The notes beneath the pieces were generated by a model. That model saw only the letters and a program-made list of their open reading frames with translations, had not been told where the DNA came from and did no database searches. Position numbers and translations under genes: made by a program. This document shows, piece by piece, positions 29,693-38,849 of a stretch of DNA of 52,505 nucleotides. This stretch comes from a virus (Duplodnaviria > Caudoviricetes): the IMG/VR virus record IMGVR_UViG_3300046786_000203, positions 1 through 52,505 of that record, one strand, 5' to 3'. Positions within the stretch are counted from its first letter, which is position 1; every line of letters starts with the position of its first letter.

Positions 29693-29935
29693 TCAACCTT
29701 TGATGTAGTCAAACAAGTGTACCTTGTCGTAAGCTTTTTTTACTACAGGAAGATTGTTACGCCAAATTGCAAATTTAGTAATAGTCCTTTCTGCCCAGTC
29801 CATCATACGTTGACCGATATTTGGTATAGGAGAAAGGATCATGGCAACTGCTAGCAAGAGTATCACGACCGGAACTGCCGGTGCAGTAATAGTCCAAAAG
29901 ATGATATTCAGTTTAAGTTTAGAATTTATTTTCAT
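29693..29935 (-). CDS. Small membrane protein
   Basis: Hydrophobic N-terminal half; ATGA coupling. Confidence 0.55.
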   Translation of the reverse strand: MKINSKLKLNIIFWTITAPAVPVVILLLAVAMILSPIPNIGQRMMDWAERTITKFAIWRNNLPVVKKAYDKVHLFDYIKG

Positions 29936-30270
29936 TTGACACCGAATGTGTTGAGTGCAGGTTGCAATGTGTTAATCAATTCAGTCTCGCGGGCATGAGC
30001 AGGACGCTTGCCACGGACAACTTCAACAGTACCAAACACGAAACGCTCGGCACCACGTTCACGCAATGCACGTGACAAACCCCAGTTTTTGTTCTCAGCA
30101 AGGGCACGTTGCATGTGCTTTTGCATACGACGGCGAAGGGTTTTGAATACGTTACCATTGAATTCCATAGCAGTCAAACCGATGTAGTACTCAAGTGTTA
30201 CTGTATCTTGGATAAAGTAGATCACTTGGTTACGATCAGTTCTGCGCTTACGGACGATTTTCGAGTTCAT
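29932..30270 (-). CDS. GIY-YIG-like nuclease domain protein
   Basis: VIYFI...YYIGLT motif, E..LI...PALN; follows its promoter almost directly. Confidence 0.7.
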   Translation of the reverse strand: MNSKIVRKRRTDRNQVIYFIQDTVTLEYYIGLTAMEFNGNVFKTLRRRMQKHMQRALAENKNWGLSRALRERGAERFVFGTVEVVRGKRPAHARETELINTLQPALNTFGVK

Positions 30271-30314
30271 AAGTGTATTATATACCCAAAGTGATTTATT
30301 GTCAAATTTTGGAG

Positions 30315-30399
30315 ATTTCGCTAGAAGTCTGTCAGTATCAATGACAAGATCCTCTAGCGATTTTGAAGCCCCTAGGGGTCAAAAATGAGTACTTTAGTT
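30315..30399. repeat. About 85 bp intergenic repeat, copy 2
   Basis: See 15521..15606. Confidence 0.8.
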
Positions 30400-30919
30400 A
30401 GCCAAATTGTAGTACTAAAGTATTCACAAATTCGTCTGTAGAATCCCCCAAATCGTGGTCTTCACAAAACACTGCAACATCACCGAATTTTGCAAGCTTG
30501 CGGCCTGCATCATCATTGTCACAGACGGCTACTACTTTTCTATTCAACATAGAAAGCCAGTTCTGCAAGTCTTTGCCGGTGTTGTTGCTCAGTACTGCAA
30601 GGGCACTGTAACCCTTTTCAGTGAGCCTACATGCATCGAAAACACCCTCAGTCAGGAAAACGACATTAGGAGATAAATGTAAACTTTCTACTCCCCAGAC
30701 CGCTAGCGTGGGTTGCTTTCTATATGTGAAATACTTGCCTTGCTTGGGATTGTTTTGTGGCTTCTTTTCGCCCTCTGGTCTGTATTGTTGATAACCAACA
30801 ACCTGACCACTCAAATTGTACAGAAGGAATGTTGCTACACGTTCAACTTCATCAACCATTGGACGATGCAACTCAAGATTGAGGTGCCTGTCTTTAAGGT
30901 GTTCTGTAACTGTTTTCAT
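30398..30919 (-). CDS. Toprim-domain (primase-like) protein
   Basis: LTEGVFDA and VCDNDDAG motifs. Confidence 0.85.
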   Translation of the reverse strand: MKTVTEHLKDRHLNLELHRPMVDEVERVATFLLYNLSGQVVGYQQYRPEGEKKPQNNPKQGKYFTYRKQPTLAVWGVESLHLSPNVVFLTEGVFDACRLTEKGYSALAVLSNNTGKDLQNWLSMLNRKVVAVCDNDDAGRKLAKFGDVAVFCEDHDLGDSTDEFVNTLVLQFG

Positions 30920-30939
30920 TCATACATTGTATACCCATT

Positions 30940-31398
30940 TTACTTTTTTGTCAAGGCTATTTGTATGGCTTCTTTGAGAATTTTCTGTTGTTTTTGTGCA
31001 ACATCCATTTCCCATGGCAAACTAGAATGTTCTTTAACTGTTAACTCTTTTGCATGTGGGAAACTATATTTTTTATTATTCCACATATATGTACCATCAC
31101 GATTAACACTTAACATACCAGTATGTGTTTGATTTAAATGTATTAACTCATGCACTAATGCAGGTATAATCTCTTTATGATTTAAATCGTTATTAATTCT
31201 AACTCTGTTTTTGAATCTATTATCTAGTATAGTTTCCCCATATACTGAGGGACCTAGTAATGCAAATTCAATTTCAATGTTTTCTGGTAAAGCTATTATC
31301 TTTGAAACCGCTTCGCATAGTTTTACTGCTACAGCTTCACGGGGTAATGATTTACCTTCAGCTTGATATATGAACAAGACTTTCATCTTTAACCTCAA
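30940..31398 (-). CDS. Putative zinc metallopeptidase
   Basis: HELIH (HExxH) and downstream PWE motif. Confidence 0.7.
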   Translation of the reverse strand: MRLKMKVLFIYQAEGKSLPREAVAVKLCEAVSKIIALPENIEIEFALLGPSVYGETILDNRFKNRVRINNDLNHKEIIPALVHELIHLNQTHTGMLSVNRDGTYMWNNKKYSFPHAKELTVKEHSSLPWEMDVAQKQQKILKEAIQIALTKK

Positions 31399-31843
31399 CT
31401 GTAGTGCCAGTTAAGTATTCATAATTAACAGTTTCAACATTTTCACGTAATACTATTGCGCCGTTCTTTAAATGAAAACGTCTTGCTAAATTAGTTTTAG
31501 GACTGAGAGTTACAAACCGTGTTACACTCGGATACTGTTCTTGTATCTCTTTCACCGCCCTAAATAATAACTCTTGGCCTTTACCACTCTTGTAACTCCA
31601 TATAGTATAGAATACTGCGGTAGTAGGTACTTGGGTAGTCTTTGATAATCCTGCTACATCTTCAGGTACAAAATCATGGAAACTAACGCATACCATTGCC
31701 TCTGGATTTTGTTCTTGGTCAGTTAATGCGGCAACCATTCTCCCATCGCTGACCCTAAAGTCAGTTGGGATTTCAGGACGAACGGGGTCATCCTTTATAA
31801 ACTGTAATAATGTGTGTGATAAGTCTTTGATAAATTGTAGCAT
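31358..31843 (-). CDS. Hypothetical protein, GNAT-like
   Basis: FYTIWSYKSGKG..LL and A.RFHLKNG resemble GNAT motifs. Confidence 0.6.
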   Translation of the reverse strand: MLQFIKDLSHTLLQFIKDDPVRPEIPTDFRVSDGRMVAALTDQEQNPEAMVCVSFHDFVPEDVAGLSKTTQVPTTAVFYTIWSYKSGKGQELLFRAVKEIQEQYPSVTRFVTLSPKTNLARRFHLKNGAIVLRENVETVNYEYLTGTTVEVKDESLVHISS

Positions 31844-31894
31844 GATATAACTCTATTTATGTTAAACGCAAAATATACTGATATAAATACTAGT

Positions 31895-32797
31895 ATGAGT
31901 GTAATTGAATGGACAGTTGGTCTTAATGATTATAAAAGATGCAAGCTTGAGACTAATATCCATGTTAGTAGATTCTCCATGGAATTACTAGATAATGACT
32001 TCGAACCAAATCGTGAGATAGCTGATATATTCAGTGACCATTTAGCTAATCGTCAGACTAGCAAAGTAGAGGTTTTATACAGCGGTGGGTTAGATAGCGA
32101 ACTAGTTCTAATGTCGTGCATACGCAAGAAAATACCTGTAATCGCAATAACCTTAGTAGTCAAAATAGACGGGATGATTTCAAACACCCATGATCTATAT
32201 TATGCTGAAAAGTTCTGTAGGGAGAACAACATTGAGCAAAAACTTTTTGTTTTAGATGCTAATGAGTTTTATAACAGCGGTAACTATTTAGAGTATCTGA
32301 CTCCATATCGTATAACCGAGCCACATATTGCTACGCATTTATGGCTGTTAGAAAAATGCGATTATTTCCCTATAATAGGTGGTGATTGGCCTTGGCCCCA
32401 CGCACACAAAGAAGATAAGATATTAAGTCCATTTAAACTAGAGTTTTCTAGTTATGAAAGATTCTTATCTGATAAAGGTATGTATGGTATAGGTAATATG
32501 ATTAGTCACAGTTTAGAATCAAGTTGTAAAATGATTAAACTGCATTTAGATTGCTACAATGGTAATGAACCAATATCTGAATTCAAACACAGAATGTATA
32601 GTAAGTTAGAGCCTACTATTGAACCTAGACTAAAGAGTCATGGTTGGGAAATCGCACAAACAAAAAACTTTCACTTAATACCTAAGAGGCTTGAACTACT
32701 GAAAAAAGTAGGGATAGTTAAACCAAATATTATTTGGGGTGATACTATCACTAAGTTAATCAATTCATCAACTAACAGCAGTTCGATATTTAAGTAA
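31895..32797 (+). CDS. PP-loop (adenine nucleotide alpha-hydrolase-like) protein
   Basis: LYSGGLDS motif; TATAAATA just upstream. Confidence 0.7.
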   Translation: MSVIEWTVGLNDYKRCKLETNIHVSRFSMELLDNDFEPNREIADIFSDHLANRQTSKVEVLYSGGLDSELVLMSCIRKKIPVIAITLVVKIDGMISNTHDLYYAEKFCRENNIEQKLFVLDANEFYNSGNYLEYLTPYRITEPHIATHLWLLEKCDYFPIIGGDWPWPHAHKEDKILSPFKLEFSSYERFLSDKGMYGIGNMISHSLESSCKMIKLHLDCYNGNEPISEFKHRMYSKLEPTIEPRLKSHGWEIAQTKNFHLIPKRLELLKKVGIVKPNIIWGDTITKLINSSTNSSSIFK

Positions 32798-33389
32798 GAG
32801 GTTTTATATCATCATCGAAAACTCGCCAAGGTGATCTACCTTCGCTTAATTCTAGGTTAAACACTTCAGGTTCCATAAAATCTATAATAAGATGGGTTCT
32901 GTTAGTTTCACCTTTGTTTCTTGCTCCATGCAATACCCTATTGTTAATCTCATATACTTTACCGGGCTCCATTTTTAATCTAATGTTAAGCCAAGTATTA
33001 TCACATTTATCATTTGTCATGATAGGTATATGAATTCTTTTAGAAAACTTATGAGACCACTTACCGTCATAATGTAACTTGATAAGAGTGTCAGGGGGCA
33101 ATGTTGCTATCTCACAATTGATTACCGTTAAGTTTTGAAACTCATTCGGTAAACTATGTATAATCATAGTACATGCATTTACTAACTCTTGTTCTACTTC
33201 TGTATATATGGGGTTTGATGCAGACTTTGATTTCATCGGCAACAAGCGACTATACGTTGATAAGGATATATCATTATCACGGGTGTACCTATCTTCTGCC
33301 CAATTTATATTATTACATAACGTTGCGGCTTTGTTAACTAATTCGATAGGTACAGATCCAATTTCTAATACAGGTACATTTATTTGCAT
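32790..33389 (-). CDS. Aspartyl/asparaginyl beta-hydroxylase-like 2OG-Fe(II) oxygenase
   Basis: IKLHYD, RIHIPI and HGARNKGETNRTHLIID motifs. Confidence 0.8.
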   Translation of the reverse strand: MQINVPVLEIGSVPIELVNKAATLCNNINWAEDRYTRDNDISLSTYSRLLPMKSKSASNPIYTEVEQELVNACTMIIHSLPNEFQNLTVINCEIATLPPDTLIKLHYDGKWSHKFSKRIHIPIMTNDKCDNTWLNIRLKMEPGKVYEINNRVLHGARNKGETNRTHLIIDFMEPEVFNLELSEGRSPWRVFDDDIKPLT

Positions 33390-33412
33390 ATTGTATTTAC
33401 ACTAATTTTGTC

Positions 33413-33889
33413 CTATACATATCGAATGTCGCTAAAACCTTCCTCTTTAGTAGGTGGTTCGTAATTATCAATCATATTCTTCATTACGTGAGCAGGGATG
33501 TTTTTACCTTCACGTGAATTCAATCGACGGTCATGTTCTTCCTTTTCAGGTGTTTTAAACACGACCGCGATTGCTTCATAGTCAGGCAACATCTTGAACT
33601 TCTTTGCTCGGGTGGCAACTGTTGTAGAAGTTTGATCCCAAATAATGTCACACTTGTTTGCTTTAGCGACTAACACTTGGTTAGCCATTAAGCGAACAGC
33701 GATTGGCATGTATTCATCAAACACTTCACTGTAAGTCTTGCCTTGCTTTTCGGCATATTCTTCAACAAACCTATCAGTAGACACGACTACAGTATTATCG
33801 GGCCAAGATTGACTCTTGATCCAAGTACTCTTACCTGATGCTGGCACACCAATCAACATGTACAATTTACATTGATGGTCCATTTCCAC
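33413..33889 (-). CDS. P-loop kinase (AAA_33, polynucleotide-kinase-like)
   Basis: GVPASGKST, STD, IIWDQT and R...R lid motifs. Confidence 0.82.
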   Translation of the reverse strand: MEMDHQCKLYMLIGVPASGKSTWIKSQSWPDNTVVVSTDRFVEEYAEKQGKTYSEVFDEYMPIAVRLMANQVLVAKANKCDIIWDQTSTTVATRAKKFKMLPDYEAIAVVFKTPEKEEHDRRLNSREGKNIPAHVMKNMIDNYEPPTKEEGFSDIRYV

Positions 33890-34469
33890 TCCTCATACCA
33901 ACTGTTCCGCCTTCTGCTTCGATACGCTTGATAACGTCTTCAAATAAGATAGGTGTAAAATCAGTTTGCTCAACGCAAACACAATGATAACGAACATCAT
34001 TTTCATCACTGTATAATGTTGCACCTGTCTTAGCGTCAATACCCCTAGCCTTCTTTACTCTGTTAGAATGTAAGTGACCGTGAATGTTAACACCAAAACG
34101 ACCTAACGATGCCTCATGTAACGGGATGTGACTTAAAATCATACCGTTCATTACATGATACGCACGTAATTCACGGAAGTATAATCTATATTCATCATCA
34201 CGAAAGATATCATGATTGCCACGAATTAACACTTTGTCTCCGTTTAAGCGGCTCATGATGCTTAATGACTTCCTGTTGATAACTACATCACCTAAGTGAT
34301 AAACTTTATCATTAGGACGCACTGTATCATTCCAACGCTTGACCATTTCTTCATCCATCTCATTTGGATCAGTCCATGGTCGGATCTTCGTCACGCCATC
34401 TGCTTCTGTGAATCTACACACTCCGGCGTGGCCAAAGTGCGTGTCACTCGTTAAAAATACTGCTGGCAT
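33867..34469 (-). CDS. Calcineurin-like metallophosphoesterase
   Basis: SDTHFGH, HLGDV, GNHD, SHIP and IHGHLH motifs. Confidence 0.9.
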   Translation of the reverse strand: MPAVFLTSDTHFGHAGVCRFTEADGVTKIRPWTDPNEMDEEMVKRWNDTVRPNDKVYHLGDVVINRKSLSIMSRLNGDKVLIRGNHDIFRDDEYRLYFRELRAYHVMNGMILSHIPLHEASLGRFGVNIHGHLHSNRVKKARGIDAKTGATLYSDENDVRYHCVCVEQTDFTPILFEDVIKRIEAEGGTVGMRSGNGPSM

Positions 34470-34699
34470 TATACCCTCTCTTTCTTTACTCGTCCGATAC
34501 GACTAGCTTTGTTCCAATCGTATTGTACTCCGTCTGGGCACTTGCCGTTCTTTACAGAATCGACACCGAACATACCTACAATCTCAAAGTCCGGACCTGT
34601 GATAGTCACAAACTCGTTCATTACTTTAGCTGTGTGCATTGCTTCATCCAATGTCATTACATCCAATGAAACAATTTTACCTTTTACATTAAACATCAT
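34469..34699 (-). CDS. Hypothetical protein
   Basis: Coupled between the two phosphatase genes. Confidence 0.6.
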   Translation of the reverse strand: MMFNVKGKIVSLDVMTLDEAMHTAKVMNEFVTITGPDFEIVGMFGVDSVKNGKCPDGVQYDWNKASRIGRVKKERV

Positions 34700-35156
34700 T
34701 ATTCCTAAAAGTTCGCCAATCATCAATGTTTGGCTTTTCATCTTCATCATATGTCCAACCCAATGCCTTCATCATGCGATGCTTGACAAGCAAGTTAGGA
34801 CTGCGAAATCTGCCAGTGTCTTCAAAACCCATCATGACACCGACTTCACAAACTGCACCACTGCGGCAGATACCTGCATAGCAATGGACAACAACATTCA
34901 TTCTATTGTCTTTGGCATGTTGCAACAAACGAACCAATTCATTTGCTTGTTCTTGACTGCAACGCATTGCCTCATCCAATGCAAAATCATCCTTTTCAAT
35001 ATCCAAGAATTCAAAATTGTGAATCTCTTTGAACTTGTGTGCAGGTGTTGGTCTCCAGCTTGCAGGGTCAACGATGCTAATCAGCATACTATTCTCACCG
35101 GCTTCGTGATGAAATCTCTTTGGGATATCATCAGCCGCACAATTTTCAATCCACAT
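34689..35156 (-). CDS. Cys-based (PTP/dual-specificity-like) phosphatase
   Basis: VHCYAGICRS = CX5R P-loop. Confidence 0.82.
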   Translation of the reverse strand: MWIENCAADDIPKRFHHEAGENSMLISIVDPASWRPTPAHKFKEIHNFEFLDIEKDDFALDEAMRCSQEQANELVRLLQHAKDNRMNVVVHCYAGICRSGAVCEVGVMMGFEDTGRFRSPNLLVKHRMMKALGWTYDEDEKPNIDDWRTFRNNDV

Positions 35157-35201
35157 TTCTTATCTCCTAATATAGTATTGTACTACATTTTGGATTTATT
35201 G

Positions 35202-35756
35202 TCAACGTATGCCGATCAACATGAATCTATTATATGTAATACTTGAGTATTCAAACTTTTTAGTGCCAATATATAAGTTTTTTGTTAGCTGATACCTATT
35301 CAGAAACGAACCTATATTTGGACTTGGTTGCTTGATAAACCACGGGTCGGATGTATCTGTTACATCACTTGTTTGTAGACACACTATTGTGCCTTTATTG
35401 ATATTGTTAAACCAATCAGTGTTGTCCATATGTTCTAGACTACAATTTATAATTACTTGCGGGCCTTGCAAGTCATAGTTAGAAACGTCACCTACTCTGT
35501 TAGATAACTTCTTTTCTATGATCCATGGTTCACAAATTTTATCAGCCATAGCTACTGCATCAGGATCAATATCTATACCAACAATGTTATCATACAGTTT
35601 TCTATTGCGTGATAACATCAAAGATCCTAGTAAGTTGTACCAACTACCTAATACAAATACGGTTGCTTTCTCAGGCAAGTGTGGTTCTAAATGCTCACAC
35701 AACCAAATCTTACTCATTAGTTGACCATGTGAGAATGCTGATAAATCTATATTCAT
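35202..35756 (-). CDS. Class I SAM-dependent methyltransferase-like protein
   Basis: VLGSWYN, GIDID and INCSLEH motifs. Confidence 0.7.
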   Translation of the reverse strand: MNIDLSAFSHGQLMSKIWLCEHLEPHLPEKATVFVLGSWYNLLGSLMLSRNRKLYDNIVGIDIDPDAVAMADKICEPWIIEKKLSNRVGDVSNYDLQGPQVIINCSLEHMDNTDWFNNINKGTIVCLQTSDVTDTSDPWFIKQPSPNIGSFLNRYQLTKNLYIGTKKFEYSSITYNRFMLIGIR

Positions 35757-35775
35757 GTGCTATTTATTACGTGTT

Positions 35776-35992
35776 CCAGGCTACATATAGGAATGACCGG
35801 TCACTCTCACCACAAGAGCCCCGGTCTAAGTTGTTACACTGTCCACGTTCTTTTCCATTTAGACGGGATAGCGTCCCCGCCTTTGTGATTTCTCAAGTCG
35901 CCCTTAAAGAGGGCCTTGCAGTAGATCCAATGCACTGTGCTAGTATCGTATCTAGCAATTACGCACTTCCTTAACGTAGAAGTGTAGCCGGG
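35776..35992 (-). ncRNA. Unassigned structured RNA, family B copy 1 (about 215 nt)
   Basis: Terminal GGCUACA/UGUAGCC stem and several hairpins; motifs shared with 46427..46618. Confidence 0.65.
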
Positions 35993-36044
35993 TATTAGAG
36001 AACAGATGCGTAATTTCTCAGAGGCATCTGCCGTGTTACTCTAT

Positions 36045-37472
36045 TTATGAAAGATCGTAACGATCCTTCATAACTGTCTTCAACATGATAGCTTCTGGTG
36101 TGAAGTCTTCCAAGTCACCTGACAGTACAGATGTTGCAACAGCTGGGCTGAAGCCAGAGACAAGAGCGGTACCACTCTTATCGAACTTGACAGGGGTGTT
36201 GCCGTATGCGGCATTCAAGTTCCAGAACACAACTTTAGGAAGAGTGTAACCTGCTTCGCTAAACTTGCGCGCCATCATCTTGATAGCCGATTCGTCCTTG
36301 CCATCAACAGCTCCGTCGAACTGCATGTCAGAGAAGATAACAAGAGTTTCAGGCATTTCTGCTTGTGGAACCTTGTTAGCAACTGCGGTCTTCAACACTA
36401 GGTCAAACGCCGCATTCAAGTTGGTGTTAGCAACTTCGCCAGTGTTCATTTGGTCAATCTTTTGATTGATGTTACCCTTCAAGTTGACCAACTTAGGAGT
36501 ACGACTGAATGTTAGGAAACAGTCAGCGAACTTACCCTTGTTCTTGTCAGCAAAGTACAAGCCAAGAGACAGAGCAACATCTAGACAGGTCAAGCCTGAC
36601 TTAGAGTTGTAACCGCCTGCTGGACAAGTCATTGAACCTGACGAGTCAACCATTGGCAACACGTTAGCGTCACCGATGTAGTTAGGCAATGCATCCCATT
36701 GGGCTTGCAATGCATCCAACTCAGTCTTAGACATAGTTGAACGGCTGTATCGGTTGATAGCACCCTTCAACACATCGTAGGGGAATACTGCGCCTGCGTT
36801 AATCTTAACACCTGCTTCACCCTTAACCAACTTAGTTACGTATTCAGCGTAAGTTGTACCATTACGGCCAAACGCCTTCTTGTAACGTGCATGTGCCACT
36901 GAAGGTACATGGTTGTAGTTGATGTTATCCCAATCCTTAGCACACATTTGTGTTTCCACAACGTTAGTAAGCGCAACTAGGCTCTTACGATATTGCTTAG
37001 GAGTCATTCCGAAGAATTCACGGATTTCACGTGCGACTTCACCCTTACGAGGAGTCCACTTTGCCGCTAGACCATTACGAGCACGTAGTGCATCGCCAAG
37101 CATAGTGTATGCCTTAGCCTTTACAGGCTGAGTCTTGAACACCAGCAAGTCATCGTAACGACCGATTTCTGGGACCTTTGCCATCAAACGCATAGCGTCT
37201 TCTGGCGCATTCTTTTCTAGATAGACAAGAATGTCACGGAACACTTGACGTTCACCGGAACCACCACGGGCATCACGTGCCCACTGTGCAATACGCAGTG
37301 CGAGGTCAATGTTTTCAGCGTATGCCGCAACGAATGCGGGTACGATGTTCTTACCACGGCTTGCGCCGATGTTATAAAACAAGTCAACACATGCGTTAGC
37401 ACTTGACTTGCGAGCCTTCATACCGTTAGTGGTACGAACTTCTTGATTCTTGATTGCTTCTGCGAATTGCAT
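36045..37472 (-). CDS. DUF2828-family protein (TROVE/Ro60-like helical domain plus vWA)
   Basis: ARDARGGSGER, GRYDDL, AAKWTPR, YRK.L and VPSVA motifs; C-terminal vWA with DSSGSM MIDAS, FSDMQFD, VFWNL, SGFSP. Confidence 0.85.
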   Translation of the reverse strand: MQFAEAIKNQEVRTTNGMKARKSSANACVDLFYNIGASRGKNIVPAFVAAYAENIDLALRIAQWARDARGGSGERQVFRDILVYLEKNAPEDAMRLMAKVPEIGRYDDLLVFKTQPVKAKAYTMLGDALRARNGLAAKWTPRKGEVAREIREFFGMTPKQYRKSLVALTNVVETQMCAKDWDNINYNHVPSVAHARYKKAFGRNGTTYAEYVTKLVKGEAGVKINAGAVFPYDVLKGAINRYSRSTMSKTELDALQAQWDALPNYIGDANVLPMVDSSGSMTCPAGGYNSKSGLTCLDVALSLGLYFADKNKGKFADCFLTFSRTPKLVNLKGNINQKIDQMNTGEVANTNLNAAFDLVLKTAVANKVPQAEMPETLVIFSDMQFDGAVDGKDESAIKMMARKFSEAGYTLPKVVFWNLNAAYGNTPVKFDKSGTALVSGFSPAVATSVLSGDLEDFTPEAIMLKTVMKDRYDLS

Positions 37473-37498
37473 TATAGTTCCTTTCTATGTGATTTGCA

Positions 37499-37554
37499 AC
37501 AGGATGCGCTTTTTTACTATTATGAAAAGTATTAAAGTTGCTGAAAGCATCCTA
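37499..37554 (-). ncRNA. CAGCAA-stem RNA 1 (leader of the DUF2828 gene; CAU anticodon-like loop)
   Basis: AGGAUGC-UUU-CAGCAA...GCAUCCU-GU; inner hairpin with UUCAUAA loop. Confidence 0.75.
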
Positions 37555-37561
37555 AAAAATA

Positions 37562-37590
37562 ATTATACTACAGTTTTGATTATTTGTCAA
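37562..37590 (-). promoter_or_regulatory. Consensus sigma70 promoter for RNA 1 and the DUF2828 gene
   Basis: TTGACA-17 nt-TATAAT. Confidence 0.85.
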
Positions 37591-37606
37591 CTGTAGTAAG
37601 TGTAAA

Positions 37607-37757
37607 ACAGGATCGTTGTTGACTGCTTTTTGAATAGGGCCATCACTCCTATTGCGATAGAAGTATTTCAATAGTTACCTTCAACGTCCGTAGACTCCAA
37701 TAACTACCATACATTCCATCAGTTCCAATAAAGTAAATTATTGCTGAGCCGATCCTA
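37607..37757 (-). ncRNA. CAGCAA-stem RNA 2 (about 150 nt)
   Basis: AGGAUCG-GCU-CAGCAA...CGAUCCU-GU. Confidence 0.75.
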
Positions 37758-37769
37758 AAAATTTGTTAA

Positions 37770-37994
37770 ACGGGATGTTCGGAGAACGTAATTTTATTTT
37801 CTGGTTCTACTGTTAACTCCTAGAACCCTATCAACGATTCACGTTGACTAGTTTGTGTTGTGTCTGTACAAACATCATACTCTGTCTTTCCAAAGAGTCA
37901 TCAGTTCCGTCGCCGTCTAGTTTCCTAGATAAAGTCTTTCGAACCGGCTTCTACTGCATTAGTTGAATGTTTTTTAAATGCTGAAATCATCCCT
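37770..37994 (-). ncRNA. CAGCAA-stem RNA 3 (about 225 nt)
   Basis: GGGAUG-AUUU-CAGCAU...CAUCCC-GU; several internal hairpins. Confidence 0.65.
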
Positions 37995-38017
37995 GATTTC
38001 TGATCTTCAATACAAGT

Positions 38018-38046
38018 ATTGTATCTCATTTGACACTTGCTGTCAA
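38018..38046 (-). promoter_or_regulatory. Sigma70 promoter for RNAs 3 and 2
   Basis: TTGACA-17 nt-TACAAT, overlapped by the CAATAC-N2-GTATTG palindrome. Confidence 0.8.
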
Positions 38047-38066
38047 TCTATTTTGGGTAATGTCTT

Positions 38067-38156
38067 TGGCGGAAGCGGTGAGATTCGAACTCACGGTACT
38101 CGTTAAAGTACGACGGTTTTCAAGACCGTTGCGTTAAACCACTCTGCCACGCTTCC
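38067..38156 (-). tRNA. tRNA-Ser(TGA)
   Basis: Cloverleaf, long variable arm, CCA. Confidence 0.95.
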
Positions 38157-38171
38157 GTTATAAATATACTT

Positions 38172-38336
38172 ATGCACACATATGATGCCATTACAAAAAC
38201 CGGTTTAATGATTCACTTGTCCATGAGTGAGGATAATACCGGTTATATTTTAGTACATGATTTAGTTGATTTAAAACTAACCATGAAATTCTTTACTGAG
38301 TTAGAATCTGCGTTATCTTTTATACATTCATTATGA
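38172..38336 (+). CDS. Small hypothetical protein
   Basis: TATAAATA just upstream; ATGA coupling to the next ORF. Confidence 0.5.
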   Translation: MHTYDAITKTGLMIHLSMSEDNTGYILVHDLVDLKLTMKFFTELESALSFIHSL

Positions 38337-38524
38337 GTACAGAAAATAACTATCTAGGGTTGTATAAATTAGCACATAATTTGCCACCTTATCAACCAAC
38401 TAGTAAATGGTGTGCTAATGCACACTATAAAAATGATGAATTCTTTCTGAAAAAAGAATCAATAAAATTTGTCCCTGATAATATTCTCATAACTAAACGA
38501 GAATTTATCAGAGACAATTTTTGA
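38333..38524 (+). CDS. Small hypothetical protein
   Basis: 63 aa ORF filling the space between tRNAs. Confidence 0.5.
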   Translation: MSTENNYLGLYKLAHNLPPYQPTSKWCANAHYKNDEFFLKKESIKFVPDNILITKREFIRDNF

Positions 38525-38525
38525 T

Positions 38526-38599
38526 TGGCATCCCACCAGGGACTCGAACCCCGACCAACGGTTTTGGAGACCGCTATGCTGCCATTACACCAGCGAGAT
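38526..38599 (-). tRNA. tRNA-Trp(CCA)
   Basis: Cloverleaf, loop CUCCAAA. Confidence 0.93.
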
Positions 38600-38603
38600 A
38601 TGT

Positions 38604-38822
38604 TTATCTTTTACCAATACGTTTGAGATAATCTCTACCAACTAACCCTGCTTCAATTTCTTGAAGTGCAGTCACAGTAGGACCTGCTTTAGTAGTTAGT
38701 TTAGGCTTGTGCCCTCTATGCAACTCTCTTACCCTAGCTGCCGCAATAAGAACCAAATCAAATCTGTTTCCAACTTGATTAACAGCTTCTTCACTTGTGT
38801 ATCGTACTCTGCTTTCGGACAT
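38604..38822 (-). CDS. rpoZ: RNA polymerase omega subunit homolog
   Basis: VGNRFDLVLIAAARVREL...TVTALQEIEAG. Confidence 0.88.
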   Translation of the reverse strand: MSESRVRYTSEEAVNQVGNRFDLVLIAAARVRELHRGHKPKLTTKAGPTVTALQEIEAGLVGRDYLKRIGKR

Positions 38823-38849
38823 TTTTAACTTTCGTTTTGTTGATAAACT

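Noticed and set aside
37880-37910. Hammerhead ribozyme (CUGAUGA...GAAA) in RNA 3
   Set aside because: The 7 nt between CUGAUGA and GAAA cannot form stem II with the required G-C pair, and I found no matching stems I and III.
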